Part shown: positions 1 to 10,000 of the stretch, piece after piece
How positions within the stretch are numbered: position 1 is the first letter of the stretch
Layout: each line of letters opens with the position of its first letter
Assembly (NCBI GenBank): GCA_963977445.1
Contig: CAXBPH010000115.1
Coordinates: 1-20,429, forward strand
From: an uncultured bacterium
GTDB taxonomy: Bacteria; Hydrogenedentota; Hydrogenedentia; Hydrogenedentales; JAEUWI01
Direction: 5' to 3'
Length of the DNA stretch: 20,429 bases
Notes under the pieces: model-generated
Databases searched by the model: none
Seen by the model: only the letters and a program-made list of their open reading frames with translations
What the model was told of the DNA's origin: nothing
Translations under genes and position numbers: made by a program

Positions 1-1345
1 TGTAGACTTCAGAAGGGTACACGGTAAAGGAACTGACCGTGGGCGGGTCGATCGAATCAAACTGATCCGCCGTACCACCGGGGGGCGCCTGACGCTCATA
101 GCCCGAACCATTGAGTGGGCTATTGCTGAAGGTGTAGGTCGCATTGAACAGGCCGGACTCGGTCTCCATCTGCTTCCAGAGCTGGGTAAGTTCAAAACGT
201 CCTTCACGCTCCGGATAAATCGGGCTATTGACGTAGAGCGAGGTCAGGGTGCTGAATACTGCAACCCGCGGTGTTGTATCATCGTTGTCTACGTCAGCCC
301 AGGCGACCACGTGGCCGTTGGGGATCTGTGCGGACGGAAGGCCCGTACCCGGAGCGGTCCGCGTGCGTGCTTCCCCCTCGAGTGCGAAATAGAGGTCCTG
401 GCTTCCCCGTGGGTACATCCAGGCCACACCCGACATGTCGTCTGGCGCCAAATCTACGCTGCCATTGGAGCGCGATCCGTTTGCCTCGATGGTGAAAAAC
501 AGAAAGGGATACATCGTCGGGGTTACGCCAATACGACGGCGAACGCCTCCAATGCTGTGGTTCATGACCTGGGTCTCAACGGACGAGAGCTCCGAAGTAG
601 GATCACCCGCGATGGCCAATTCAGCCCGCACGTTGTTCAGCGGACTATGGCCCAAGCCGAAAAAGTGGCCCAATTCGTGAACGAGCGTTCCCTGAAGATC
701 CGCTATAGGCTCGACACCTGCTGAGGCGGGGCGGTGAGCACTGGCATTGATAACGATATCGTTGTCAATGATGGTGCCGGCACCAACAAGATAGCTCTCG
801 CCACCAACATCGATGATAGAGTCTTCCACGGCCCACAACTTCAGATTGTAACCGAGAATGTTGGTCGCGTCGATACCGGCTATTACTTCGGCGGGATCGG
901 GCTCTACGTTCTCATCCGGAAGACCATCGCCATCCAAGTCCTGGGTCGTGCTTACGTCCAGTACGATGGAGTTGATGCCATCGAACTCGCCCAAACCGGA
1001 CGATGTCGGATCGGATACCAATCCCACGACATAGGTTGAAGCATAGGACTGGGGTACTCGCTCCCAGACGGCCAACGATTCGTAAACGATTTCGAGTTCG
1101 GCTTCGGTGAAGCCACTCTTACCGTTTTCGATGTAGACCGGGATACCCTCGTCTTCCTCAACTTCCCCGTTATTGTTGGTATCAAAGGCACTTCGGATGT
1201 ACCGCTGATACCGGAGCACGCCAAAGGGGTCATACTCGCCTAAGGGGAAGAAGGCCCAAGTCGATGGTGCTACGACCATGCAGCAGCAGACCATTGCCAT
1301 TATTTGTTTCCGTGTACGTGATGTCACGAATCCGCTTCCTTTCAT
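1..1345 (-). CDS. Secreted zinc metalloprotease, metzincin/matrixin (M10-like) family; 3' end lies outside the window
   Basis: Manual translation gives an open frame from ATG 1345 to the window edge. A likelier start is GTG 1327, preceded by AAAGGAAG. The N-terminus (M)TSRTRKQIMAMVCCCMVVAPSTWA-FF looks like a signal peptide. The zinc motif HELGHFFGLGH lies at 679..647, the Met-turn TPTMYP has Met at 514..512, and LAPDDMSGVAWMYP follows, as in matrixins. It is missing from the ORF track because it has no stop in the window. Confidence 0.9.
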   Translation of the reverse strand, partial: MKGSGFVTSRTRKQIMAMVCCCMVVAPSTWAFFPLGEYDPFGVLRYQRYIRSAFDTNNNGEVEEDEGIPVYIENGKSGFTEAELEIVYESLAVWERVPQSYASTYVVGLVSDPTSSGLGEFDGINSIVLDVSTTQDLDGDGLPDENVEPDPAEVIAGIDATNILGYNLKLWAVEDSIIDVGGESYLVGAGTIIDNDIVINASAHRPASAGVEPIADLQGTLVHELGHFFGLGHSPLNNVRAELAIAGDPTSELSSVETQVMNHSIGGVRRRIGVTPTMYPFLFFTIEANGSRSNGSVDLAPDDMSGVAWMYPRGSQDLYFALEGEARTRTAPGTGLPSAQIPNGHVVAWADVDNDDTTPRVAVFSTLTSLYVNSPIYPEREGRFELTQLWKQMETESGLFNATYTFSNSPLNGSGYERQAPPGGTADQFDSIDPPTVSSFTVYPSEVY

Positions 1346-1418
1346 ACCGGGCACTTTCTCGTCATTGGGATACGTTCCCATGCTTCGTTGATGCCTCTGG
1401 ACGTAACGCGTTCCCCGC

Positions 1419-1545
1419 TTAGAGGGAGGCGCCCGCCTTCTTATGTCTCATTCCGAGCATGAGGCCCGCGAGTACCATTATCAACAGTGCCAGGTCACCG
1501 AGTGGAACACCACCCGAGCTACCACCGCCGCTGCAATTAATCAGG
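1419..1545 (-). other. C-terminal protein-sorting/membrane-anchor signal (Cys + Gly-rich spacer + TM helix + basic tail)
   Basis: The C-terminus is LINCSGGGSSGGVPLGDLALLIMVLAGLMLGMRHKKAGASL*. This tripartite layout resembles GlyGly-CTERM and MYXO-CTERM-type signals. Confidence 0.75.
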
Positions 1546-4448
1546 TTACCAGGACCATCCGCTTCACTTACAAAGTCGAAGCCGTCGATCTTCATACCTT
1601 CTGTGCCATTGCTCGTATTACGCACGGTCACATCGAGCTTTCCGACTTCTGCGAAGCCGCCTTCTGGGAATTTAATCATCAGGCGCGTTCCAAGTCCCTT
1701 GTCAGCATCTTCTTCGTAGACCTTCAGGAGCGTGCTACCGAATTTGACTTCTGCCTCTTCGGGGGTCGGCAGGTTTTCACCGATGAGCGCGACCGGGAAG
1801 TCAGACTTCTCAGCCCGTGCTGGTGATATCCGTGTGATCTTCGGTGCCACATCACCCGTCGAATTGGCCAGGGTGAACAGGTTACTCCGACTCGCCTCTT
1901 TGCCCGTTTTCGGATTGCGAACTATCAGTACAATCGGGGGCTGTGGACTGTTGTCCGCCTGCGTACGAATTGTTACGGAGATGGAGGTGTTCGTCGCTTC
2001 ATTAACGGTCACGTCATAGCCCGTGAGGACTACCTCTGGCGTTGTGCCAAAGCCGCTACCGAAGATAACGAAGCTGAAGGGATTTTCATCCAGTGTCTGG
2101 GCAGGCAAGGTGGTCGTCGATGCCGAATTAATCACCACCGAGGTGGGACCAACCGGTACCCGACGTCCATTCAGCACACCAGAGCGCTTCTTCTGTGCCG
2201 AATGCGTACGCACCCAGTTGAAGCCACTGTTGTCGGTCTTCGCCTTCGGCGTGGAACCATCCATGAAGTACCGGACGGGGGCATCCTTGTAGAAGGTGAT
2301 AAAGCCGACGCCACGATTACCCCAGGGGAATTCCTGGAACTTCTTGTAGTCTTCGCGGGCGGGACCATCAATGTTGAAGAAGGTGTTGGGATCGGGCTCG
2401 GTTGGTGTACTTGGACCCCAAGACACGATGCCTACACGGAAGTTATCGTCCACCTGCATTTCGTCCGACGCGCGAACGACGACGAAGAATTCAGGTCCTT
2501 CATTCTGACCCTTCCAGGATTCCGGGACCCACTGACGATGACGTTTCTGCGTCGCTGGGTCATCGCCCTCGAAGGACGTTCCCGGCAGCGAGAAGACGAA
2601 CTTAACCTGGGGTGCATCACCCGAGGTACCCACCAGCTGTGGCGGGCCGTCAAGCTGCAGTGGGATATCGATATTCACATCGAAATGCCCATTGCGGTTA
2701 TCCGGGTGGGAATCGTTGTCACGGTATAGCGCGACACCGCTCAATCCCTGATCCAGATTCAACGGAAGCAGGTCGGTGACGATATCGAAGTCGGCCGTGT
2801 TGAGCTCGTTATAGAACTCAACCACTACCTGTTCAAGGAAGGTTGGGTTCTGCACGATCTTGAACACGCCATCTCGTGGTGTGCCGCTAAGCAGCGTCAA
2901 GGCCGTCGCCGTATTACCGGTGATTTCATAGGCCTCGAAACGGTTGTCAATGAGCCAATCGCCTTTGTAGGCATCAACGGCCCACGTGCTGCCAGCAACG
3001 GTAAAGGTCTTCTCGGTACCTTGACCGTTGGTGCCGTTTACACGGACGCTGTCTTTCTGATTGGTTGAGGCATCCAGACCAAGGACGGCCACCGCAGCAC
3101 CAGAGATATCAATAGTGGTGCTTTGGCTGATGAGGTCCTGAATGATCAGCGGCGTGTTCATCGTGACCATATCGTGACCGAAGAAGTCCTGGACAGCCCA
3201 TTCTTCTGGACTGGTCTTGGTAAGCGCACCTGCACTTACGGCACCCGTGGGAACGAAGCGAATACCAGCGTCTTTCTTACCGGCTACCCGACTGGGCAAC
3301 GAGGCAGGAATAACAACGCGGAATTGCTCGTTGGCACTGGCGTTTTCGGACACCTTCACCGTGACGAAAAGGTCGTCACCCGGCTGCGGCGCATCCAGTT
3401 CCAAGGCTTTCGTGCTCACCTGGCCAGCAGAGGCCGTGAGTACTTTCGTTGTCGGCAAGGAGAAGTCAATATTCGGGAACTCGTCTACAGCGATATCCAG
3501 GATACTGTTTACCGAATCGGTACCGGCGACGAAGTATTCCGTAGCCGCGCGCAAGCCATCCGTATTCGGGATGGTGCTGCCACTGCGGGTATATTCTTCT
3601 TTCAACCGGTGACGCAATCCCGTACCCGCGCTGCTAGGCTCTGCCAGGAAGTCGAAGAGGTCAAAGACCACTACGTTATTGAGACTCGGATTCCGTGTCT
3701 CATAGGCCGGCTGCCAGGTGTCACGCAACCACGTGGCAAACTGACGGGCCAGATCGGCCTCGCTGTCGTTGATTTGTCCAACAGGCAACGGCGGAGGCGT
3801 TACAACCACGAAGAGCATATCCGAATTCTCTTCGAAAATAGTCTCCAGTGGCTTGTAGACATCACCATCGCTGTTGGTATAAATGCCGCCACTACCTGCA
3901 CCGTCCGGGTGCTGGAACACGGCTTTGTAGTTTTCGAAGGTCAACGGCGATTCTGCGAAGGGACTTCCCGGTGCCGTCCCGACAGCTTCAATAAGATTAC
4001 TGAAGGCGTCACTATTGAACATGACAATCCGGTTAATGCCATCGGCCGTATCACGCTCACGGATTGCACGGAGATAGTCATTGAACCAGAGGATCCAGTG
4101 ACGCATGTCCGTGAAGTTACCCGGCGTCGGCGCGAGAGAATCGGGACGACCCGTTCCCGGTGTCACGTCGGTCAACTCACGGATGTCGTTCCGTTCGTCC
4201 GTGTACTCCTTCGCAAGCAAGGCATCGCTCAGGCCGCTGGTCAACCAGCTGCTGCCCATGCTGTGGTGGATATAGAGCACGTCATCGGTGGTCGTGTTGC
4301 TGCTGCCACCGTCACCGCCGCCGCCGCCGTCACCACCCGTCCCTGAACCACCACCAGAGAAACTCTGGCACAGGTACAGGACGTCGATGTCGAAGTTGTT
4401 GCCGTCGGAATCATTGTGTGGCAGTGGCCACAGATTCTTCAGGTTCAA
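1419..4448 (-). CDS. C-terminal portion of the giant surface protein (SGNH-like insert, end of repeat 2, two IPT/TIG-like domains, C-terminal membrane anchor); probably not an independent gene
   Basis: This 1009-aa ORF has a TTG start, no clear SD and no signal peptide. The frame stays open up to 4493 and there encodes GLIDDLDRAWVLKL, homologous to DGLSDRAWVLTF in the upstream ORF. Blocks GDDLFV, NPTFLEQVVVEFY, SGVALYRDND, IVSWGPSTPTEPDP and EFPWGNRGVGFI all match the upstream ORF. Confidence 0.85.
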   Translation of the reverse strand: MNLKNLWPLPHNDSDGNNFDIDVLYLCQSFSGGGSGTGGDGGGGGDGGSSNTTTDDVLYIHHSMGSSWLTSGLSDALLAKEYTDERNDIRELTDVTPGTGRPDSLAPTPGNFTDMRHWILWFNDYLRAIRERDTADGINRIVMFNSDAFSNLIEAVGTAPGSPFAESPLTFENYKAVFQHPDGAGSGGIYTNSDGDVYKPLETIFEENSDMLFVVVTPPPLPVGQINDSEADLARQFATWLRDTWQPAYETRNPSLNNVVVFDLFDFLAEPSSAGTGLRHRLKEEYTRSGSTIPNTDGLRAATEYFVAGTDSVNSILDIAVDEFPNIDFSLPTTKVLTASAGQVSTKALELDAPQPGDDLFVTVKVSENASANEQFRVVIPASLPSRVAGKKDAGIRFVPTGAVSAGALTKTSPEEWAVQDFFGHDMVTMNTPLIIQDLISQSTTIDISGAAVAVLGLDASTNQKDSVRVNGTNGQGTEKTFTVAGSTWAVDAYKGDWLIDNRFEAYEITGNTATALTLLSGTPRDGVFKIVQNPTFLEQVVVEFYNELNTADFDIVTDLLPLNLDQGLSGVALYRDNDSHPDNRNGHFDVNIDIPLQLDGPPQLVGTSGDAPQVKFVFSLPGTSFEGDDPATQKRHRQWVPESWKGQNEGPEFFVVVRASDEMQVDDNFRVGIVSWGPSTPTEPDPNTFFNIDGPAREDYKKFQEFPWGNRGVGFITFYKDAPVRYFMDGSTPKAKTDNSGFNWVRTHSAQKKRSGVLNGRRVPVGPTSVVINSASTTTLPAQTLDENPFSFVIFGSGFGTTPEVVLTGYDVTVNEATNTSISVTIRTQADNSPQPPIVLIVRNPKTGKEASRSNLFTLANSTGDVAPKITRISPARAEKSDFPVALIGENLPTPEEAEVKFGSTLLKVYEEDADKGLGTRLMIKFPEGGFAEVGKLDVTVRNTSNGTEGMKIDGFDFVSEADGPGNLINCSGGGSSGGVPLGDLALLIMVLAGLMLGMRHKKAGASL
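1570..2140 (-). other. Two tandem IPT/TIG-like Ig domains
   Basis: Domain 1 reads VVINSASTT..FVIFGSGFGTTPEVVL..SISVTI..LIVRNP. Domain 2 reads APKITRISP..VALIGENLP..VKFG..GKLDVTVRN..DGFDF. Confidence 0.65.
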
Positions 4449-7076
4449 TTTGAGAACCCAGGCACGATCCAGGTCGTCGATGAGGCCATGTCGTCAGGCG
4501 TTCCATCACCATCGAGGTCGATGAACTCGGGTGAGGAACCCCATTTTGCGTTGTTCAATGGAATCAAACGGTCGGAATTGGGGAAGGTCTGACCGGATTC
4601 GTCGTAACCGTCAAAGTCCGACTCATTCAGGAAGGTACCACCGGAGAAGACGGTACTCACGCCACTATCGCCGTCTTCCCAAAGGAGGACACCGGAGTCG
4701 AGGCTGAGTCCGACCGAATCCAGGGGATACAGGTCATCAGGTGTGAAGTCAGGTCCCCAGAACGCCAAGGTGATTTCCGACAGGAAAGTCTCTGACGATT
4801 CGTTGACCACAACGTCCCCAGTACCGACAGTATTGATACCCAACACCGGTACGTGCTTATTGTTGATGTCGGTCCGCTGAATTAAGAGACGGGCCCGATT
4901 GTCTTCATCCGCCCAATCGCTGAGGCGCGGATACTGTCCTGGCAACAGTGCCTTGGGCCACGTGCTGAACCGTGGCAATGCAGGCACGGTCGGCAACAAG
5001 GCTATCGCGGAGGAGCGAGGCTCGACATCCAGGAAGCCATCATCGAAGGGTGCCGTCTCGAATGGATACTGGAAGTCAAGGCCATCGGCTTCGGACTGAA
5101 TAATCTCCGTATCGCCAGCGACGTTCAGCTGTAAATTGAAGACCACGTCGTATGCTTGGACCTGAATACCATGTTGATTCAGGAAACGACCCTGCTGCAG
5201 TCCGAAGGGATCCATCCAGCGATCAAAGACCGTCTGTCCAAACCCTTCACCGGAGAAGCCATAGCAGATGAATCCACCACTACCGAAGCTGAATCCGTCA
5301 AATCTGATGTCTGTGTATTTCGCAAAGGACGAATTTGAGCCATAGGTCAGCTGCAGATCATGGACATCAACACCTACACGAATCGGCTTCGCGCTCTTGG
5401 CGTTCATGGTCCGTTCATTCCACCAGGGCTCATCAACGCCCCAGCGACTGTCGTCCTGCCAGGTGCTGATAAGTGATCCCGTAGCGCCGAAATTAACGCC
5501 CAACGGCGGGATCATGCTGGAGACATAGATGCCACCGACAAAGGTTTCCTTTTCCAGATCGTAACGTCTGGGCTCGACGAATACCCGGAAGTCCGCACCA
5601 GGCTGAATACCCTGGCCATCGGCGAATCCCTGGGACACGTCCTTGAACCCGCTATCGGTACGGATAACGACGAAGTAGTCGGGACTGATACTTGTTGTCG
5701 GGAAGTCGCCGGTATCGGCGTCGCCCGCATCAAAGCTCTGGTCTGGCGTCACTTCGATTTTACCTTGGTCGTCCGGAGCATTCCGACGCTCGAAACCAAA
5801 GTTCAATTTGATTTTCCACCAGGGATCTCCGCCACCGGGTGGGAACGGAATATATTCCCAGTCGATTTCATCGCCGAAGAACGCGGGTTCCAAGGGGTAG
5901 TCACCATTCATGACAACACCATTGTTACCATCGGCGGGTGTTGGCGGATCGAAGACACCATTGTTATTCTCATCCACCCAGAGCCATACACCGTTGTAGG
6001 TGAAGTCGGAGGACAGTGCGCGGTCATCGGCGTCCACAATAGACGTGGAGCTTGCCGTGAAACCGTTCATTCCAGCGCGGGGATCAAATCCGCCGTTGCC
6101 CGGTGTACTGTAGGGATCACCGCCGATATCAGTCATGATGATATTGACTTCTTCGATCACGGGCGCCGCATCCAATTCATAGAATCGGTTGTTTTGAATC
6201 AGTGGGTCGTAGAAGTCGAAGTGCTCGCCTTCGGTACCATGGATATTGATATTTATCGCATTGACCCATTCTTCAACCGCCACGAGACGACGCATCTCGA
6301 AGGTCTCGCCGCCAAGAATGCTTAACAGCTTTCCGGGCGTATTCCAACGGGGACGACTGAATTCGGCCGTTGGCACGTGGAAGTAGAAGGGATGATTGAA
6401 GGAGTTGATATTGGGCGACGTGTTATTACCATCGTCGGCACCACGGGCATCAAATACACCGAAGCTGGAGGAGTAAGAGACCTCTTCGTCCAGGATTTCG
6501 CCATCGAAGAAGTTTGGCGAGTAGGTGTCAATCGGAAGACCTTCCGCATCAACCGGAACCGTGCCATCGGGATCAGGCAGGATCATGGTCGCACCGAGCA
6601 CGGTGGACGCCAGGGTTAGCTGCGTGCGCCACGTTGCGGATGTACGGACGGCGATAATGTAAGAATTACCATCGATCGTATTGTCACCGGTTGGTCCTGC
6701 GGGAATGGCTACTTCCGGTGCGTCTGGTGTTCCCGAACCTATGAAGTTGATGGTATAGGTCAGGTTTCCGTTCGTGCCGTCGACCGTAGCAATGCCACCA
6801 CCGGCAGCATCCCACGTCGCCAGAAGGGCATCGTGGCCCACGTCCAGATTGTTGTTATCTTCATCGTCCGAGGAATAGTTCTCGTAGAAGATACCAAACT
6901 CCAGAAGATCCGATACGGCAGGACCACCAGAATCAACGTAGCCAAGTTCATCGGACGGTTTCGGGTTACCATGAATTTGGTAAATCAAGGTCTCCAGAAT
7001 ACGACGGGCGGGCGTCTCTTCGTCGGTAGCCAATACCAAGTTCAGCACGGGCACCCAATCGTTGAGCGGCAACAAG
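2190..7076 (-). repeat. Large internal protein repeat, copy 2 (spans the frameshift)
   Basis: Begins LLPLNDWVP and ends near EFPWGNRGVGFI...WVRT. It is colinear with copy 1, for example the identical WEYIPFPPGGGDPWWK. Confidence 0.85.
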
Positions 7077-10000
7077 GCTTCGGAATCCCGTATCAGGCTT
7101 GTGACGGTAAAGTCTGCTGTCGGCTCATCGGTTTCTCCTTCGCCTTCACCTTCACCTTCGCCTTCACCCTCACCTTCGCCCTCACCTTCGCCAGCACACC
7201 CACCACCTACGCAAGGACGAACCGTGATGTAGTTCGTCAGCTCAATGGTGCGAAGCACTTCGGCGCCTGTGGTGCGATGACGGAAAGTCACCTGAAGGCG
7301 AACGGTATAGAAGCCCTCTTCGAGATAGCGATGGGTCGGATTCTGTTCGTTGGAGACTTCTCCGTCTCCAAAGTTCCAATCGAATTTTATCGCTTCATAT
7401 TCGGTTCCGGTAGCGCTCAGGTTGGTGAATGCTACATCCAGCCCATCGGGCAAGACGCCCTCTGGATCGGGGGTAAGGAAACCATCAGTCGGCGAACCCT
7501 GGAAATCAGCATAGGGCAGCTCGACGATTTGGATAATATCTACTTTGGTGATCGTGTCTTCGACCCCATTTCCGTCGGTAACGGTTACGGAAACCGTGTA
7601 GGTACCCTCGTTATCGTAAATATGGGTGTAGAAGTAACAGTCTACATTCGGATTCTCTGGATCTGGAGCGGCAGCTATTGGAGCGAGGTCGTCTTCAAAC
7701 TCTCCATCGCCGAAGTTCCACACCACTCGGGATACGGTGGAGGTGGTAATAAGCTTGAACGTTACGGGTTGACCCACCGATTGGCGATTACGATCAACGG
7801 TAAAGTCGATGAACGGCGCTTCGCTCGATGTAATAACGGCGGTACGTGACGCTACGTTAGGATTGGTACGAATCCAGTGACGCACGTCTCGGTCGTCCTG
7901 GCTGTGGTCCAATTCCGTTGTCGGCTCTACCCGTTTACGGTCTTTGTTGTAGGTCCAATACCGTACTTCCGGACGTTCCTTGAAGTAGGAGATGAAGCCC
8001 AAACCACGGGCACCCCAAGGAAATTCGGAGAAGATATCGAACTCGTCTTCACGTTGTCCACCAGGCCCATTGAGATCGGGCGAGAAATTGTCTGGGTCCG
8101 GCTCGGTTGGTGTATTGGGACCCCAAGACACGATGGCCGCACGGAAATCGTCGCCGAGTGTCATGTTTCGGGAGGTACGCAGGACCACGAAGAAGTCCGA
8201 ACCAAATTCAGGGTCATTATTGGCCAGGCCAAATACATGAGGAATTACCTGACGCAGACGTGGCTGAGAAACATAGCTCGCCTCATCGCGACCGGTAAGA
8301 TTATCGGTACCTGGTGACGAGAAGACGAATTTCACCTGGTTAGGTGGCTCACCGGCGAGGCCGATGAACTTCGGATCATCATCCAAGGCGATGGGCAGAT
8401 CGATATACTCTATCGCGCCCGTGATGGGATCAACGACGGGCGGATCGAACTTGCCATTGGTGTTAGAGGGGTGCATGTCATTATCGCGGTATAGCGACAC
8501 ACCACTTATCAGGCCGTTGGCGGGATCTTCCGTGTTCAGCGGCAACAGATCGTACTGCATGTCGAAGTCGTCATCAGCGCCTTCGTCGTAGAACTCGACA
8601 ATCACCTGTTCCAGGAAGGACGGGTTACGTACGACTGCCCATGGGCTGCCGTCGGCCGGTGCCCCTGCGAGCAGGGTCAGGTTGGATCCATTTACTTCGG
8701 TAATTTGGTAGGCCTCAATCCGATCCGGATTGACAACTCCATCTTGATCTTCATCGGCATCTTCATAACGCGCAATGAGCCAATCGCCTACATTGCTCGC
8801 GTCCCACGTGGCACCGGTGGTGGTGAAGGAGTTGGCACCGGCGGTACCGGAAGTACCCTGGCCAAGGACATCATCGGGGCGATTGAGTGCCGCGTCAATA
8901 CCCAGAACGGCTCCAGGAGGACTACCGGGCTCGATACTGGTGGGGAATGTGCTCGGTACGGCGGCGCTGTTCAAGTTGGTAGTGACGATACGTGCGGGCA
9001 CGTCGATGGCCAGCATGTCGTGACTGAAGTAGTCACTCAACGCGCCTTCGTCCGGGTTTACTTTGTCAAAGGAGCCGACGGACGGATAGGTCCGGGGCAG
9101 CACCTCGATACCGGCAATCTGCTCGGCGGCGGGGCTGCGGTCGGGCAGGCGAGAAGGAATAACGACTCGGAATTCCTCGAACGCGCTGATGGTCTCGGAG
9201 GTGCGAATTACGACGAACAGGTCGTCGCCTTCATGGCCACCGGCCGCCAGGGCATTGGCTACGACCAATCCGGGATCATTTGTCCCTTTGTTGGACGTTT
9301 CAAGATCAATCATGGTTGGTGCGGCCGCCCAGAAGCTGGGCCACGTTACACCAGTAGCATTGGCAAGGAGGGCAGAAATTGCTTTTGCATCTTCGTCCCC
9401 TTCTCCTTCTCCTTCGCCCTCGCCTTCTCCTTCAGCGCCAATACCGCCGTCACCAAAGGTACCATTGCTTCCGCCATTGCGGAGATCGGATTGGGGCAGA
9501 TTCCACTGATTCGCAATTTCGAAGGTCAGCACCCACGCACGGTCACTGAGACCATCGAAGCGGGCTTGGTCGGCCGCACTCAGGGTTGCGCGGAAGGCAT
9601 TGACCGCAGCGGTATCGTACTGATCGCCGGTGAAGACAATGCCGTCGCCACTCATATCGTCGGCGGCAAATTTCCCGGTGACCGGATCAAGCTTTCCGTA
9701 GAGATTGATGGGCTCAGGAGACGTGCTCCATTCCAGGCTGCCCGCTTCAACAGGAAGAATTCGGTCGGAGAAAATGGGGTTCACCACTACATCATTTAGC
9801 AGCGGGCCGTCAAAAACGCCGTTGGAATTGGTATCTTCGTAGATCAGCGCACCCGAAGAGAACAAGGTGCCGTCTTCATCAAGTTTCGCGAGATCGCGGG
9901 AAGTAAATTCCGGACCCCAGAACGCTACGGTAATACTGTTAAGGGAGATGTTCGGGTTGCTGTTGACGTTCAGATCATCTGCACCAATCAGGTTAATACC

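Noticed and set aside
271..1233. Short ORFs listed in the track (271..495, 311..724, 435..680, 734..1039 on +; 952..1233 on -)
   Set aside because: All overlap the minus-strand metalloprotease frame, either antisense or out of frame, and have no recognisable motifs.
1280..1288. Cys-Cys-Cys in the protease N-terminus as a lipobox
   Set aside because: The cysteines lie inside the hydrophobic core with no L-x-(G/A)-C pattern. A signal peptidase I site (TWA-F) fits better.
4445..4448. TTGA overlap read as translational coupling of two genuine genes
   Set aside because: Homologous coding sequence (DRAWVL) continues upstream of the TTG in the same frame. The break falls mid-module, and ORF2 has no SD or signal peptide.
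4448..4493. Programmed ribosomal frameshift or phase-variable tract at the junction
   Set aside because: There is no slippery heptamer, homopolymer or simple tandem repeat in the permissible interval.
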